NCBI GenBank assembly: GCA_964506725.1
Contig: CAZDLU010000006.1
Span: 4,078-68,077 of the forward strand
DNA from: an uncultured Rhizobium sp.
GTDB lineage: Bacteria > Pseudomonadota > Alphaproteobacteria > Rickettsiales > UBA1997
Reading direction: 5' to 3'
DNA: 64,000 nucleotides
A program made the translations under genes and the position numbers. Position 1 is the stretch's first letter, and each line of letters opens with the position of its first letter. Below the pieces are notes generated by a model. That model was not told the origin of the DNA. It was given only the letters and a program-made list of their open reading frames with translations, and did not search any database. This document shows positions 48,524-57,766 of the stretch, in pieces.

Positions 48524-49116
48524 AATTTTTTTAAGATATTTTCAATTTGTACTTCAACATCGCTTGCCAAACCATCATTTATAATAACAAAATCTGCTTG
48601 ATTGCGGCGATTGAAATCATCAATTTGTTTTGATTTTATTTCATCAAATCTTTTTTCAAGTTCATTTTTGCTGTGATTGCCAAACCTTGTGGCGCGTGCC
48701 ACGAAGCGCTCTTTTCGAATATTTTCCGAAGCAATTATCGCGATGATTTTGTCACATTTATAATTTTTCGTTTCTAGCAATAGCGGAATATTTAAGACAA
48801 TTATTTTAGCATTTTTATTAGCATTTAAAAATTCTTCATATTTTTTTTGGATACGCGGATGAATTATTTTTTCTAAAGTTTTTAGTTTTTTAGAATCAGC
48901 AAAAACAATTTTTCCTAAAATTTTTCGATCAATTTTATTTTCTATTATTGCTTCAGGAAAAATTTTTCTAACCTCTTCGAGCGTTGATTTGTCTAATTCA
49001 AGAAGATTATGATTTTCTTTGTCAGCATCAAAAATCGATGCGCCGTGTTTTGCAAAAATTTCTGCGATAAAATTTTTTCCGGAAGCAACGCCCCCGGTGA
49101 GGCCGATTATTTTCAT
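48520..49116 (-). CDS. coaE: dephospho-CoA kinase
   Basis: IGLTGGVASGKN P-loop and typical size. The stop overlaps the next start (ATGA). Confidence 0.9.
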   Translation of the reverse strand: MKIIGLTGGVASGKNFIAEIFAKHGASIFDADKENHNLLELDKSTLEEVRKIFPEAIIENKIDRKILGKIVFADSKKLKTLEKIIHPRIQKKYEEFLNANKNAKIIVLNIPLLLETKNYKCDKIIAIIASENIRKERFVARATRFGNHSKNELEKRFDEIKSKQIDDFNRRNQADFVIINDGLASDVEVQIENILKKL

Positions 49117-49119
49117 ATA

Positions 49120-50550
49120 TTAATTCAACTCAACTGGAATTTCTACCTTACAAAACTCCAAATGCTTACGTAAGTTCTCTTTCAATTTTTCCAAATTTTC
49201 TTTCGAATTCGCCTCACATCTTGCCACTAAAACCGGTTGTGTGTTAGAAGCGCGAAGCAGCCACCAGCCTGTCTCCGTAGTAACTCTGATTCCGTCAATA
49301 TCATTAAATTCCAAACCACTTTGGCGCAAATTTTCTTTTAAATTTTCTATAATTGAAAACTTTTTTTCATCAACGCAATCAACACGAATTTCTGCAGTAG
49401 AAAAAGTTTGCGGCAATTCTTTTCTCAAATCTGCCAAAGTTTTTGAGGAATTTTCTACAATATTAATTATGCGAATCGCCGCATAAAGCGCATCGTCAAA
49501 ACCATAATATTTATCGGCAAAAAATATGTGGCCTGACATCTCTCCGGCTAACGCCGCCTTGGTCTCTTTCATTTTAGATTTAATAAAGGAATGTCCGGTT
49601 TTCCACATTAAAGCATTGCCTCCCGCTGTGGTAATTTCATCAAACAAAACCTTACTCGCTTTAACATCGGCAATAATTGTTGCACCTTTTTTTTCGGCCA
49701 AAATTTCGCGCGCATAAAACACCATCAATTGATCGCCCCACAAAATTTCACCTTCATTATCAACCACGCCAATGCGATCGCCATCGCCATCAAAAGCAAT
49801 TCCTAAATCACATTTTTCTGTCAAAACTTTTTGGCGCAAATCTTCAAGATTCTTTGGTACTGTAGGATCGGGATGGTGATTTGGAAAACTTCCGTCAAGT
49901 TCTTCATAAAGCAAAATATTATCCGCTAAAATTCGGTCAGAGATTTTTTTCATAATTTCTCCAGCCGCTCCATTTCCCGCATCCCAAGCAATTTTAATTT
50001 TTTTCTTCGGCTCAATTTCATCCAAATCATCAAGCAAAGGACTTTCGCTTCCGGCAATTACCGAATCATTTAAAATTCTCTCAACATAATCTTCAGAAAT
50101 ATCACGCTCAAAAAAACTGCTCTCTCCTTCAACAAAATGGCCCTTCGCCGCCATCTTCGCCAAATTAATAATATCATCACCAAAAAACGGTCGATCTTTC
50201 AACATTATTTTAAAACCGTTATGATCTTTCGGATTATGCGAACCAGTCACCATAATTCCGGCATCTTGTTCCAAATGATAAATAGAAAAATAAAGCATTG
50301 GTGTTGGCCCTACTCCGACATCAGTTACTTCAAGTCCGGATTCAAGCAAAGCCTTAATCAATTGCTGTTTCAACGCAGGCGAACTCACGCGCGCATCGCA
50401 GGCCACAGAAATTTTTTTCTTATTATTCTTCTGCAAAAAATTCCCAAAAGCGCGACCAACGAAATAAGCGTCCTTGTCGAAAAGCGTTTGGTTGTAGATG
50501 CCGCGAATATCGTAAGCGCGGATGATTGAGGGGTGAAAATTATGTTTCAT
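49120..50550 (-). CDS. phosphomannomutase/phosphoglucomutase
   Basis: Active-site loop GIMVTGSHNPKDHNGFK, metal loop FDGDGDR, and GEMSGH. Confidence 0.92.
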   Translation of the reverse strand: MKHNFHPSIIRAYDIRGIYNQTLFDKDAYFVGRAFGNFLQKNNKKKISVACDARVSSPALKQQLIKALLESGLEVTDVGVGPTPMLYFSIYHLEQDAGIMVTGSHNPKDHNGFKIMLKDRPFFGDDIINLAKMAAKGHFVEGESSFFERDISEDYVERILNDSVIAGSESPLLDDLDEIEPKKKIKIAWDAGNGAAGEIMKKISDRILADNILLYEELDGSFPNHHPDPTVPKNLEDLRQKVLTEKCDLGIAFDGDGDRIGVVDNEGEILWGDQLMVFYAREILAEKKGATIIADVKASKVLFDEITTAGGNALMWKTGHSFIKSKMKETKAALAGEMSGHIFFADKYYGFDDALYAAIRIINIVENSSKTLADLRKELPQTFSTAEIRVDCVDEKKFSIIENLKENLRQSGLEFNDIDGIRVTTETGWWLLRASNTQPVLVARCEANSKENLEKLKENLRKHLEFCKVEIPVELN

Positions 50551-50802
50551 AAATATAACTGATTATTAATACATTAATTGGTTTCTCTATCTAATAATCC
50601 TCCCTAGAGGAAGGATCGAAGCTGTATAAACAGCTTCGAGGAGGGTTTAGCGTGGCTTTACGAGTGCGCTGGAAATTTTCAGGATAAATCTCCAAAACCT
50701 TTATATTTAGGCATGTCTCCGACTTTAATTAATAATTTTTCTAACCAGCAGATAAGAACACCGCAGCAAAATTTTTCTGCTGCATCCTTCCGCCTAAAAT
50801 AA

Positions 50803-52347
50803 CTATAATTCAGATGATCTCGAAGCATCTTCCTTTGCCTTTTCTCCCTCTACTTCCGAAACTGTCATAGCGGGAACATAACGCTCAAAAATTTTCTTAT
50901 TTGCAGCTCTTCTTTTGGCAAAATCATCATTCACGCTCTCTGCTGATAAACCACCGGCTTTTTTGATCTCTCTTAAATCATTCATGACATCCTTCCAATA
51001 GTTTTCTTCATCTTGCTTATTTTTAAAAGCAAACAGTAATTTTCTTGCCTTGACAAACTTTGGGTCCTTACTACTTGCAATTTCATATAATTTGTCAAAA
51101 TTATCTTTTGTTGCCAAAACTGCAGTATAGGGGTCACCACCCATTTTAACTCCTATCAGATCCAGTTTCAGACCCAAACGCTTTATAAAAGGATTCATCT
51201 GATCCACAGTGTGTGTCCACCGCATTCGATCCACCATATTATTATAAACCGTACCTGAGGCTCTCTTAGTATTAGTAGAAAACTCCAAGCAAAATTTTTC
51301 CAACTCGTCTTGCGATACTCCAAAATATTTTTCAGAGAATGATTTACCGCTTTTATCAACGATGCTCAATTGTCTTATTCTCTCTTCTTCCGGCATTTTA
51401 AGTAGCATTTCTTCAAATATTTCCGGCTCTGCCACCATTGCCGCAATTCCAAGAGTGCTATAGCCAAACTTATCAATAACTTTAGCCGATTCGCTATCTA
51501 ATAAATTCCTTATGGTTGCCAACGGAGCATTAACTATAAGCGCTAGAAACAACGGCCCTCTACCATTTATATCAAGTTTATATTTAAGATCGGGAAACCC
51601 GGTATTTATAACATCGGCAGCATCAAACCAACCATTTGCCACCATGATATGTATGGCAGTACCTTTAAATACCGGATCTCCTAAAGAAGCTGTTTCTTTG
51701 CTTATTATCTCAGCGGTTTTTAAAGGATCATAGCCAGCGGCGGCCGGAATGGATAGGGCTAACAAACCCCCGACTGCAGCACCTGCCGGCCCACCAAAAA
51801 GCGCTCCTGCGGTAGCGCCGCAAACTACATTAGTTGCACTTTCCAGAGTTCCGGCCCAAGAAGCTTGTACTTGACCTGTAGCAGCAGAGTCGCCGGCATT
51901 ATAAAAAGCAGGACTCTCTATTGCAGCGCCCAAAAAAGTAGGCACTAAAGGAATTCCTCTTTGCACGCCAAGGCCGATAAGACTTTCTGCGACAATTTCA
52001 AATCTGGTTTTTTTGGGAGTAAAGTCCGGCGCGGATTCTGCCAACATTTGATCGAATTTCAACTGCACCTCCGGAGAAAAATGCCCGACTTTCTCGCAAA
52101 TTAAATCAGCATAATTTAGATCGGCATTTACGGTTTCAGAATAGTTTAGATCGGCATTTATGGCTAAGACAATTTCACTTAAAAATGTAGCCAATGTAAC
52201 AGTTGGACTTAAAATTAATTTTTCTAAATATGGAATTGAAGAAGCCGCGGCCTCTGCTCTATCGCGATCAACTTTTTTAGAAAATCCCGCACCTTTTACC
52301 CTTTGGAATCGATGACCTGAACGAAAAGTCGGATTAAATTTTACCAT
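50803..52347 (-). CDS. hypothetical protein (514 aa orphan), possible ankyrin-like repeats
   Basis: Clean ORF with an internal 10-aa tandem duplication (NADLNYSETV / NADLNYADLI), a Gly/Ala hydrophobic segment (GALFGGPAGAAVGGLLALSIPAAAG), and weak ANK-like pairs (NGRGPLFLALIVNAPLATIRNLLD; FGYSTLGIAAMVAEPEIFEEMLL). Confidence 0.55.
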   Translation of the reverse strand: MVKFNPTFRSGHRFQRVKGAGFSKKVDRDRAEAAASSIPYLEKLILSPTVTLATFLSEIVLAINADLNYSETVNADLNYADLICEKVGHFSPEVQLKFDQMLAESAPDFTPKKTRFEIVAESLIGLGVQRGIPLVPTFLGAAIESPAFYNAGDSAATGQVQASWAGTLESATNVVCGATAGALFGGPAGAAVGGLLALSIPAAAGYDPLKTAEIISKETASLGDPVFKGTAIHIMVANGWFDAADVINTGFPDLKYKLDINGRGPLFLALIVNAPLATIRNLLDSESAKVIDKFGYSTLGIAAMVAEPEIFEEMLLKMPEEERIRQLSIVDKSGKSFSEKYFGVSQDELEKFCLEFSTNTKRASGTVYNNMVDRMRWTHTVDQMNPFIKRLGLKLDLIGVKMGGDPYTAVLATKDNFDKLYEIASSKDPKFVKARKLLFAFKNKQDEENYWKDVMNDLREIKKAGGLSAESVNDDFAKRRAANKKIFERYVPAMTVSEVEGEKAKEDASRSSEL

Positions 52348-52422
52348 TTTTTATAAAAAATAATTAGCTGACAGTGTCTAAGAGTTAATTACTAGAGCCT
52401 ACTTTAAAACCCATGACAGTTT

Positions 52423-53196
52423 CTAAGAAATTTTTCCTACTAGCGGACTAGAAGCAGAAGCAAATTTTTTTTTCTCCATTCGTCCAGCCAAATAAGCGGC
52501 GCGACCGGCTTCTATGGCAAGTTTCATAGCATGCGCCATAAGGATTGGATTTTTAGCTTTAGCAATTGCCGTGTTCATTAAAACTCCGTCGCAGCCAAGT
52601 TCCATCGCAATCGCCGCATCGCTTGCGGTTCCCACCCCGGCATCAACTAACACCGGAACTTTGGCTTGTTCGATAATAAATTCTATATTTAAGCGATTTT
52701 GAATTCCAAGACCCGAGCCAATCGGCGCCGCTAGTGGCATGATTGCACAGCATCCGATATCTTCTAATTCCTTCGCCACAATCGGATCATCAGAAGTATA
52801 AACCATCACTTCAAATCCGTCTTTAATCAGAATTTCTGCGGCGCGAATTGTTTCGGTAACTTTGGGATAAAGTGTTTTTTCATCAGCTAAAACTTCAAGC
52901 TTCACCAAATTCCAACCTCCAGCGGCGCGAGCAAGGCGTAGAGTGCGTATTGCATCTTCAGCGGTAAAACATCCAGCTGTATTTGGCAGGTAAGTATATT
53001 TTTTCGGATCCAAAAAATCCTGCAACATCGGCTCGCCTTTCTTTTCAATATTGACGCGGCGCACGGCAACGGTAACGATTTCAGCACCCGAAGCGTCAAT
53101 CGCGGCGGCAGTTTCTTTAAAATCCTTGTATTTGCCGGTTCCAACGAGAAGTCGGGAAGTGAATTTTTTTCCGGCGATTGCAAAAAAGTCGTTCAT
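52423..53196 (-). CDS. thiG: thiazole synthase ThiG
   Basis: [17 protein letters not shown], the Schiff-base Lys region NLVKLEV, and [12 protein letters not shown]. The start is set at MNDFF. Confidence 0.93.
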   Translation of the reverse strand: MNDFFAIAGKKFTSRLLVGTGKYKDFKETAAAIDASGAEIVTVAVRRVNIEKKGEPMLQDFLDPKKYTYLPNTAGCFTAEDAIRTLRLARAAGGWNLVKLEVLADEKTLYPKVTETIRAAEILIKDGFEVMVYTSDDPIVAKELEDIGCCAIMPLAAPIGSGLGIQNRLNIEFIIEQAKVPVLVDAGVGTASDAAIAMELGCDGVLMNTAIAKAKNPILMAHAMKLAIEAGRAAYLAGRMEKKKFASASSPLVGKIS

Positions 53197-53201
53197 ATTA
53201 A

Positions 53202-53320
53202 AAGTGCTTAAGTGCTTTCGCACGCTTTACGCGCGCTGGTGCTTAGGTGCTTAAAGTAGTTCTCGGTCTGCTTAAGCACTTAAGCACTTAAGCACTAGCG
53301 CGAAGCGCGAAAGCACCTAA
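53202..53320. repeat. family B element, copy B3 (GTGCTTAA / TTAAGCAC variant)
   Basis: aagtgcttaagtgctttcgcacgctttacgcgcgctggtgcttaggtgcttaa ... cttaagcacttaagcacttaagcactagcgcgaagcgcgaaagcacctaa. Confidence 0.85.
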
Positions 53321-53324
53321 TCAC

Positions 53325-54116
53325 TTATCCCCCAAACTTACTAGAAAATAAATTAATCAAAATTAAAACAACGGGCGCAACTAACATCATGCCATCAAGC
53401 CTATCAAGCACTCCACCATGTCCAGGAATTAAATTGCCGGAATCTTTTACGCCGAAAATTCTTTTGAATTTCGATTCAAGTAAATCACTGGCTTGCTCAA
53501 CAACTGAAAGGAAGGCACTGATGAAAACAAAAAACACGATTCCGCCTTTAAACATGAAAGAGCTTAAGAAACCAATAATTACGCTGGCAAACACACCGCC
53601 AAATAAACCGGCCCAAGTTTTATTTGGGCTGATATGCGGCGCTAATTTTGCACCGCCCAAATTTTTTCCGGCAAAATATGCAAAAATATCTGTCGCCCAA
53701 ATTACCGAAAACATCCAAAATAAAATGTCCGAATCATACATACGAATTTGGATCACGGAATAAATCGGAATCAAAATATAAAAAAATCCAATCAAGCGCC
53801 ATTTATTTTGGTCAGGCATATTCTTCATCATCGACAACCATTCCTCAACCATGATGATTGTTATTGCCAGAGCAAAAAAGATAAAAAGATTTTTCGAATA
53901 AAAAATCGCATAAACCGCAAAGATTATCAGCACAATAGAGCTAATGATTCGCTGTTTCAAATTGTCGTAACTTTTAAATTCCTCAATATAGCGCGGCAGA
54001 TTTTTCGGAAAATTTTTAACAAAAACCAACGCTTTATCAAACAAATTTTTTACGATTTTTAATTTATCTTTTGCCATATCTTCTCTCTCTTTTATTGAAA
54101 TCATTAATGGCCGCAA
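53325..54116 (-). CDS. cdsA: phosphatidate cytidylyltransferase
   Basis: Signature SKFKRIFGVKDSGNLIPGHGGVLDRLDG. The start is uncertain, since the longest ORF overlaps uppS by 53 nt. Confidence 0.9.
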   Translation of the reverse strand: MRPLMISIKEREDMAKDKLKIVKNLFDKALVFVKNFPKNLPRYIEEFKSYDNLKQRIISSIVLIIFAVYAIFYSKNLFIFFALAITIIMVEEWLSMMKNMPDQNKWRLIGFFYILIPIYSVIQIRMYDSDILFWMFSVIWATDIFAYFAGKNLGGAKLAPHISPNKTWAGLFGGVFASVIIGFLSSFMFKGGIVFFVFISAFLSVVEQASDLLESKFKRIFGVKDSGNLIPGHGGVLDRLDGMMLVAPVVLILINLFSSKFGG

Positions 54117-54801
54117 TTAAATCTTTTTTACCAAAATCGGGCCAGTAAGTTTTGGTAAAATATAACTCGGCGTAGGCTGCTTGCCACAATAAAAAATTGC
54201 TCAAACGAAAATCACCAGCCGTTCTAATCAGTAAATCCGGATCAGGAATTTGCGGATGATAAAGATTTTTAGCAAAAAAATCTTCATCAATTTTGTCAAC
54301 ATTAATAGCGGAATTACTAACCGCAAGCGCAATTTTTTTAGCAGCATCGACGATCTCTTGTCTTGAACCATAACTAAAAGCTACGTTTAAAGTTAAATTA
54401 TTATTATTTTTAGTAGAATCTTCGACATCGGAAATTTTTTGCTTGGTCTTCAAATTTAGGCGCTCAAGGTTTCCCGAAATTATTATTTTTACACCTTTTT
54501 CTTTTAGGGGAGTAATTTCCTTATCCAAATATTCATCAAGCAACTTCATCAAATAATCAACTTCACTGGGTGGACGATTCCAATTTTCGGAAGAAAAAGC
54601 ATAAACAGTTAAATATTTTACACCAAGATCAATGCAATTTTGCGCAACTTTTTTAACATTTTCGGCACCGGTTTTATGACCAACTGAAAGCGGCAAAGCG
54701 CGCGCCTTAGCCCAGCGCGCGTTACCATCCATAATGATGGCGATATGTTTTGGAATAATGAGGTTTTCTATTGGATTTGATTTTTTTTTTAGGAAAATCA
54801 T
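54064..54801 (-). CDS. uppS: isoprenyl transferase (undecaprenyl diphosphate synthase)
   Basis: HIAIIMDGNARWA, FSSENWNRP, and RTAGDFRLSNFLLWQ. Confidence 0.95.
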   Translation of the reverse strand: MIFLKKKSNPIENLIIPKHIAIIMDGNARWAKARALPLSVGHKTGAENVKKVAQNCIDLGVKYLTVYAFSSENWNRPPSEVDYLMKLLDEYLDKEITPLKEKGVKIIISGNLERLNLKTKQKISDVEDSTKNNNNLTLNVAFSYGSRQEIVDAAKKIALAVSNSAINVDKIDEDFFAKNLYHPQIPDPDLLIRTAGDFRLSNFLLWQAAYAELYFTKTYWPDFGKKDLIAAINDFNKRERRYGKR

Positions 54802-56249
54802 TATACGCGCGAAATATCGTCATTATTTTGTTGAAGCGCATCTGTTGATGCCTGATGCGGAGGCTTTTTCTTATCAGATCCGGAAGTAGAAATACCACCA
54901 ATACTTGACATAAGCTTTTTAAACATACCGCTTTTAGCAGCCTCTTTAGCCACAGCTTCTGTTTTAGATGCATCCTGAGAAGCTTTGCTGGCCGCTTGTT
55001 CAACTTCTACCGGAACTTCATAACCTCCTGCTTTACCTGTAGTCATTTCCTGACTACTACCGGCTTCTCTAAAATGATCTTTATATTCACTAAAAGTTCG
55101 TGGTTTTTCACCTTTTGATCCGCCGGTACCAGCTTCTCGCTCTTCTATATCCACCGTTTCTACTGTTTCACCGGTAGCAGCAACTGTAACCTGTGCAGCT
55201 TTTTTATCGGCGGCTGCTTTCTCTGCTGCAACCTCAGCCGCCTTAGCTTTATCATGCTCTATCTCCATTTTAGCTTCAGTCGCTGCACGCAATTCTCCTG
55301 CTAATTCCGGAGTCGGCGAGCTTTCATATTTACCTAAAAGCTTATCAAAACTATCCGCTCTTTTTTGACGCGCCTCCATAGCTCTACGCTTGTCAACCTC
55401 TTGTTGTTCTTTTATTTGCGCTTCAGTTGGTCCACTTCCTTCTTTAACGGCGTAAGGATCATATGCTTCAGCTGCATCTCCAAATTGATAAGCCGGTTTT
55501 GAAGCTGCAGAAAATACTTTGCCACTTTTTTGCTCCTCACCTCTCAATGCTGCCGCTAAAGTTTCCATTGATCCTACTTGGCCATTACGGACTGTCTGAA
55601 TAATATCTTTCATCCTACTAGCATTTACAACCCCGAACCGCCTTTGCGCTTCAGCTTTCTTTTCTGTATCTGCCGACGCCGTAGTTGAAACGGCAGGAGT
55701 TGCAGGAGTAAATTTCGCAGTAGAATCAACTTGCTTAGTTACCTCAGTTGCTGTCTCAGTTTGTTGTATCGGAGCGTTACTTTTCATGGCTCCCTTTTCC
55801 GCTGTTTTTTCTACTCCTTTTTCTTGACCAACTACTTGCTTTAAAAGTTCAACAAATAGATTTAATACTTCAGCTAATTGTTTTTGTTGTTCATCTAAGG
55901 CAGGACTTTCTCCGGTACTTTCAATCGCAGGCTCTTCTTCTACATCAGGAGTTTCTCCGGAGGCCGACACTGCAACTGCGCGATCAATATCCGCAGATTC
56001 ACTTCCTTTTTCAGAAGAATCTTTTTCTTCCGACAAAGCAGATTTAAAAGCCTCCATAAAAGAACTGGCCAAATCACTATCTCTAGCAGGCGCTCTATCC
56101 GATTTACCTTGTTCTGCAATAATAGTTTGAATTGCCTTTAATAATGGTTTAGCAAATAGCTTTAACAAACCAATTAAAGCTTTTTCCCCTAAACTTGATT
56201 TTTCAGAACCATTAATAGCGGCTGAAGAGCCAGAAGCTGCTTTTGTCAT
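54801..56249 (-). CDS. hypothetical low-complexity protein (482 aa orphan, Ala/Glu/Lys/Ser/Thr-rich)
   Basis: Uninterrupted ORF in the operon strand between frr and uppS. Its TAA overlaps the uppS ATG (TAATG). It is visibly less AT-rich than its neighbours. No domain recognised. Confidence 0.55.
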   Translation of the reverse strand: MTKAASGSSAAINGSEKSSLGEKALIGLLKLFAKPLLKAIQTIIAEQGKSDRAPARDSDLASSFMEAFKSALSEEKDSSEKGSESADIDRAVAVSASGETPDVEEEPAIESTGESPALDEQQKQLAEVLNLFVELLKQVVGQEKGVEKTAEKGAMKSNAPIQQTETATEVTKQVDSTAKFTPATPAVSTTASADTEKKAEAQRRFGVVNASRMKDIIQTVRNGQVGSMETLAAALRGEEQKSGKVFSAASKPAYQFGDAAEAYDPYAVKEGSGPTEAQIKEQQEVDKRRAMEARQKRADSFDKLLGKYESSPTPELAGELRAATEAKMEIEHDKAKAAEVAAEKAAADKKAAQVTVAATGETVETVDIEEREAGTGGSKGEKPRTFSEYKDHFREAGSSQEMTTGKAGGYEVPVEVEQAASKASQDASKTEAVAKEAAKSGMFKKLMSSIGGISTSGSDKKKPPHQASTDALQQNNDDISRV

Positions 56250-56267
56250 AATTTATTTCAAAAATTA

Positions 56268-56819
56268 CTAAACTTTCATTAAATCTTTTTCCTTCACAGC
56301 CACCACATCATCAACTTTCTTCACAAATTCATCAGTGATTTTTTGCACGATGTCAGTAAAAGAATGGATTTGATCTTTACCGAATTCTTTTTCTCTTTTC
56401 TTAAAATCATCAAGAACATCACGGCGAATATTGCGTAAAATAATTTTTTTATCTTCGCCATATTTTTTCGCCATTTTTGCCAAGTCACGGCGGCGCTCTT
56501 CGCTTAATTTTGGAATTGAAATACGAATTGTCATGCCGTCAACCATTGGGTTGAAACCTAAGTTAGCATTAATGATTCCTTTTTCCACCGCCTTAATATT
56601 TTCACGATCCCAAACTTGAATTGTTAGAGTGGAAGCATCAGAAACCGAAACTGAAGACACTTGATTAAGCGGCATCGGCGCGCCATAAACTTCGGCGCGA
56701 ACGTGATCAAGCAAGCTTGGACTGGCGCGTCCGGTTGAAATTGAATCCATGTCTCTTTTTAGAGAATTCATGGTATCGTCCATTTTTTTGCGGGCCTTAT
56801 CGGCTAGTTCGTTTAACAT
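56268..56819 (-). CDS. frr: ribosome recycling factor
   Basis: Typical Frr sequence (SISTGRASPSLLDHV..., RNIRRD). Confidence 0.95.
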   Translation of the reverse strand: MLNELADKARKKMDDTMNSLKRDMDSISTGRASPSLLDHVRAEVYGAPMPLNQVSSVSVSDASTLTIQVWDRENIKAVEKGIINANLGFNPMVDGMTIRISIPKLSEERRRDLAKMAKKYGEDKKIILRNIRRDVLDDFKKREKEFGKDQIHSFTDIVQKITDEFVKKVDDVVAVKEKDLMKV

Positions 56820-56827
56820 AAGATTAA

Positions 56828-56915
56828 AAGTGCTCGGGTGCTCGAGTGCTCGCGCTTCGCTAGTGCTTCAGGCTTTTTTTGCCTGAGCACCCGAGCACTT
56901 AAGCACCTGAGCACC
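56828..56915. repeat. family B element, copy B4
   Basis: aagtgctcgggtgctcgagtgctcgcgcttcgctagtgcttcaggc ttttttt gcctgagcacccgagcacttaagcacctgagcacc. Confidence 0.88.
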
Positions 56916-56923
56916 AATTAAAA

Positions 56924-57634
56924 TTAACTGATAACAGTAAACTTCCCTCGCCCCTGAACCACTTCGCTCAAGGCTTCTTCGCCTTTTATTGAAAAAACTA
57001 CAATTGGAAGTTTATTGTCTTTTGCCAAAGTTATGGCAGTTTGATCCATAACTTTCAAGTCTTCTTTTAAAACATCAATATATTTCACCTTTTCGTAACG
57101 CGTAGCGTTCTTATCAAGTTTTGGATCGGCCGAATAAACGCCATCAACTTGCGTGCCTTTTAAAATAGCATCGCATGACATCTCAACAGCGCGTAAGACC
57201 GCCGCCGTATCAGTTGTAAAAAACGGATTTCCTGTTCCTGCAGTAAAAATTACGATACGACCTTTTTCCATATGGCGCGCGGCACGGCGCTTTACATAAG
57301 GTTCGCAAACAGTATTCATCGGAATTGCCGAAAGCATTCGAGTTGGAATATTTTCTTTTTCCAAAGCGCTTTGCAATGCTAAACCGTTAATACAAGTTGC
57401 CAGCATTCCCATATAATCAGCAGCCACACGCTCCATACCTTCAGCAGCTTGTGATACACCGCGAAAAATATTGCCGCCGCCAACAACAACGCAAATTTCG
57501 CAACCTAATTTATATGCTGAAATAATTTGATTACAGATTTTTTTAACAGCCAAAGGATCATGACCGAACGGCCTGTCTCCCATCATGGCTTCACCGGATA
57601 CTTTAAAGAGGATTCTTTTGAATTTTAGAGACAT
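56924..57634 (-). CDS. pyrH: UMP kinase
   Basis: [20 protein letters not shown], and TTDTAA. Confidence 0.95.
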   Translation of the reverse strand: MSLKFKRILFKVSGEAMMGDRPFGHDPLAVKKICNQIISAYKLGCEICVVVGGGNIFRGVSQAAEGMERVAADYMGMLATCINGLALQSALEKENIPTRMLSAIPMNTVCEPYVKRRAARHMEKGRIVIFTAGTGNPFFTTDTAAVLRAVEMSCDAILKGTQVDGVYSADPKLDKNATRYEKVKYIDVLKEDLKVMDQTAITLAKDNKLPIVVFSIKGEEALSEVVQGRGKFTVIS

Positions 57635-57647
57635 GTTTATATGGAAT

Positions 57648-57764
57648 GGTGCTCGCGCGCTAAAGCGCTGGTGCTTAAGTGCTCGGGTGCTCGGGCCCTG
57701 TGTTGATAGTAATAAGTTTCAACATGGGGCCCGAGCACCTGAACACCTGAGCACACGAGCACTT
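57648..57764. repeat. family B element, copy B5
   Basis: The core stem is about 20 bp: gtgctcgggccctgtgttga / tcaacatggggcccgagcac. It is flanked by further GTGCT / AGCAC octamer units. Confidence 0.88.
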
Positions 57765-57766
57765 CT

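Noticed and set aside
50599-50645. Hairpin cctcc...tcgaagctgt-ataa-acagcttcga...ggagg between manB and the 514-aa orphan, as a possible terminator or small RNA
   Set aside because: The stem is good (10 bp plus a 5-bp outer stem), but there is no U-tract on either strand, no second copy in the window and no recognisable RNA family. Evidence is insufficient to call a feature.
53197-53324. TPP riboswitch upstream of thiG
   Set aside because: The interval is entirely a family B palindrome. The conserved CUGAGA / ACCUGAUCUGGAUAAUGCCAGCG-type TPP elements are not present.
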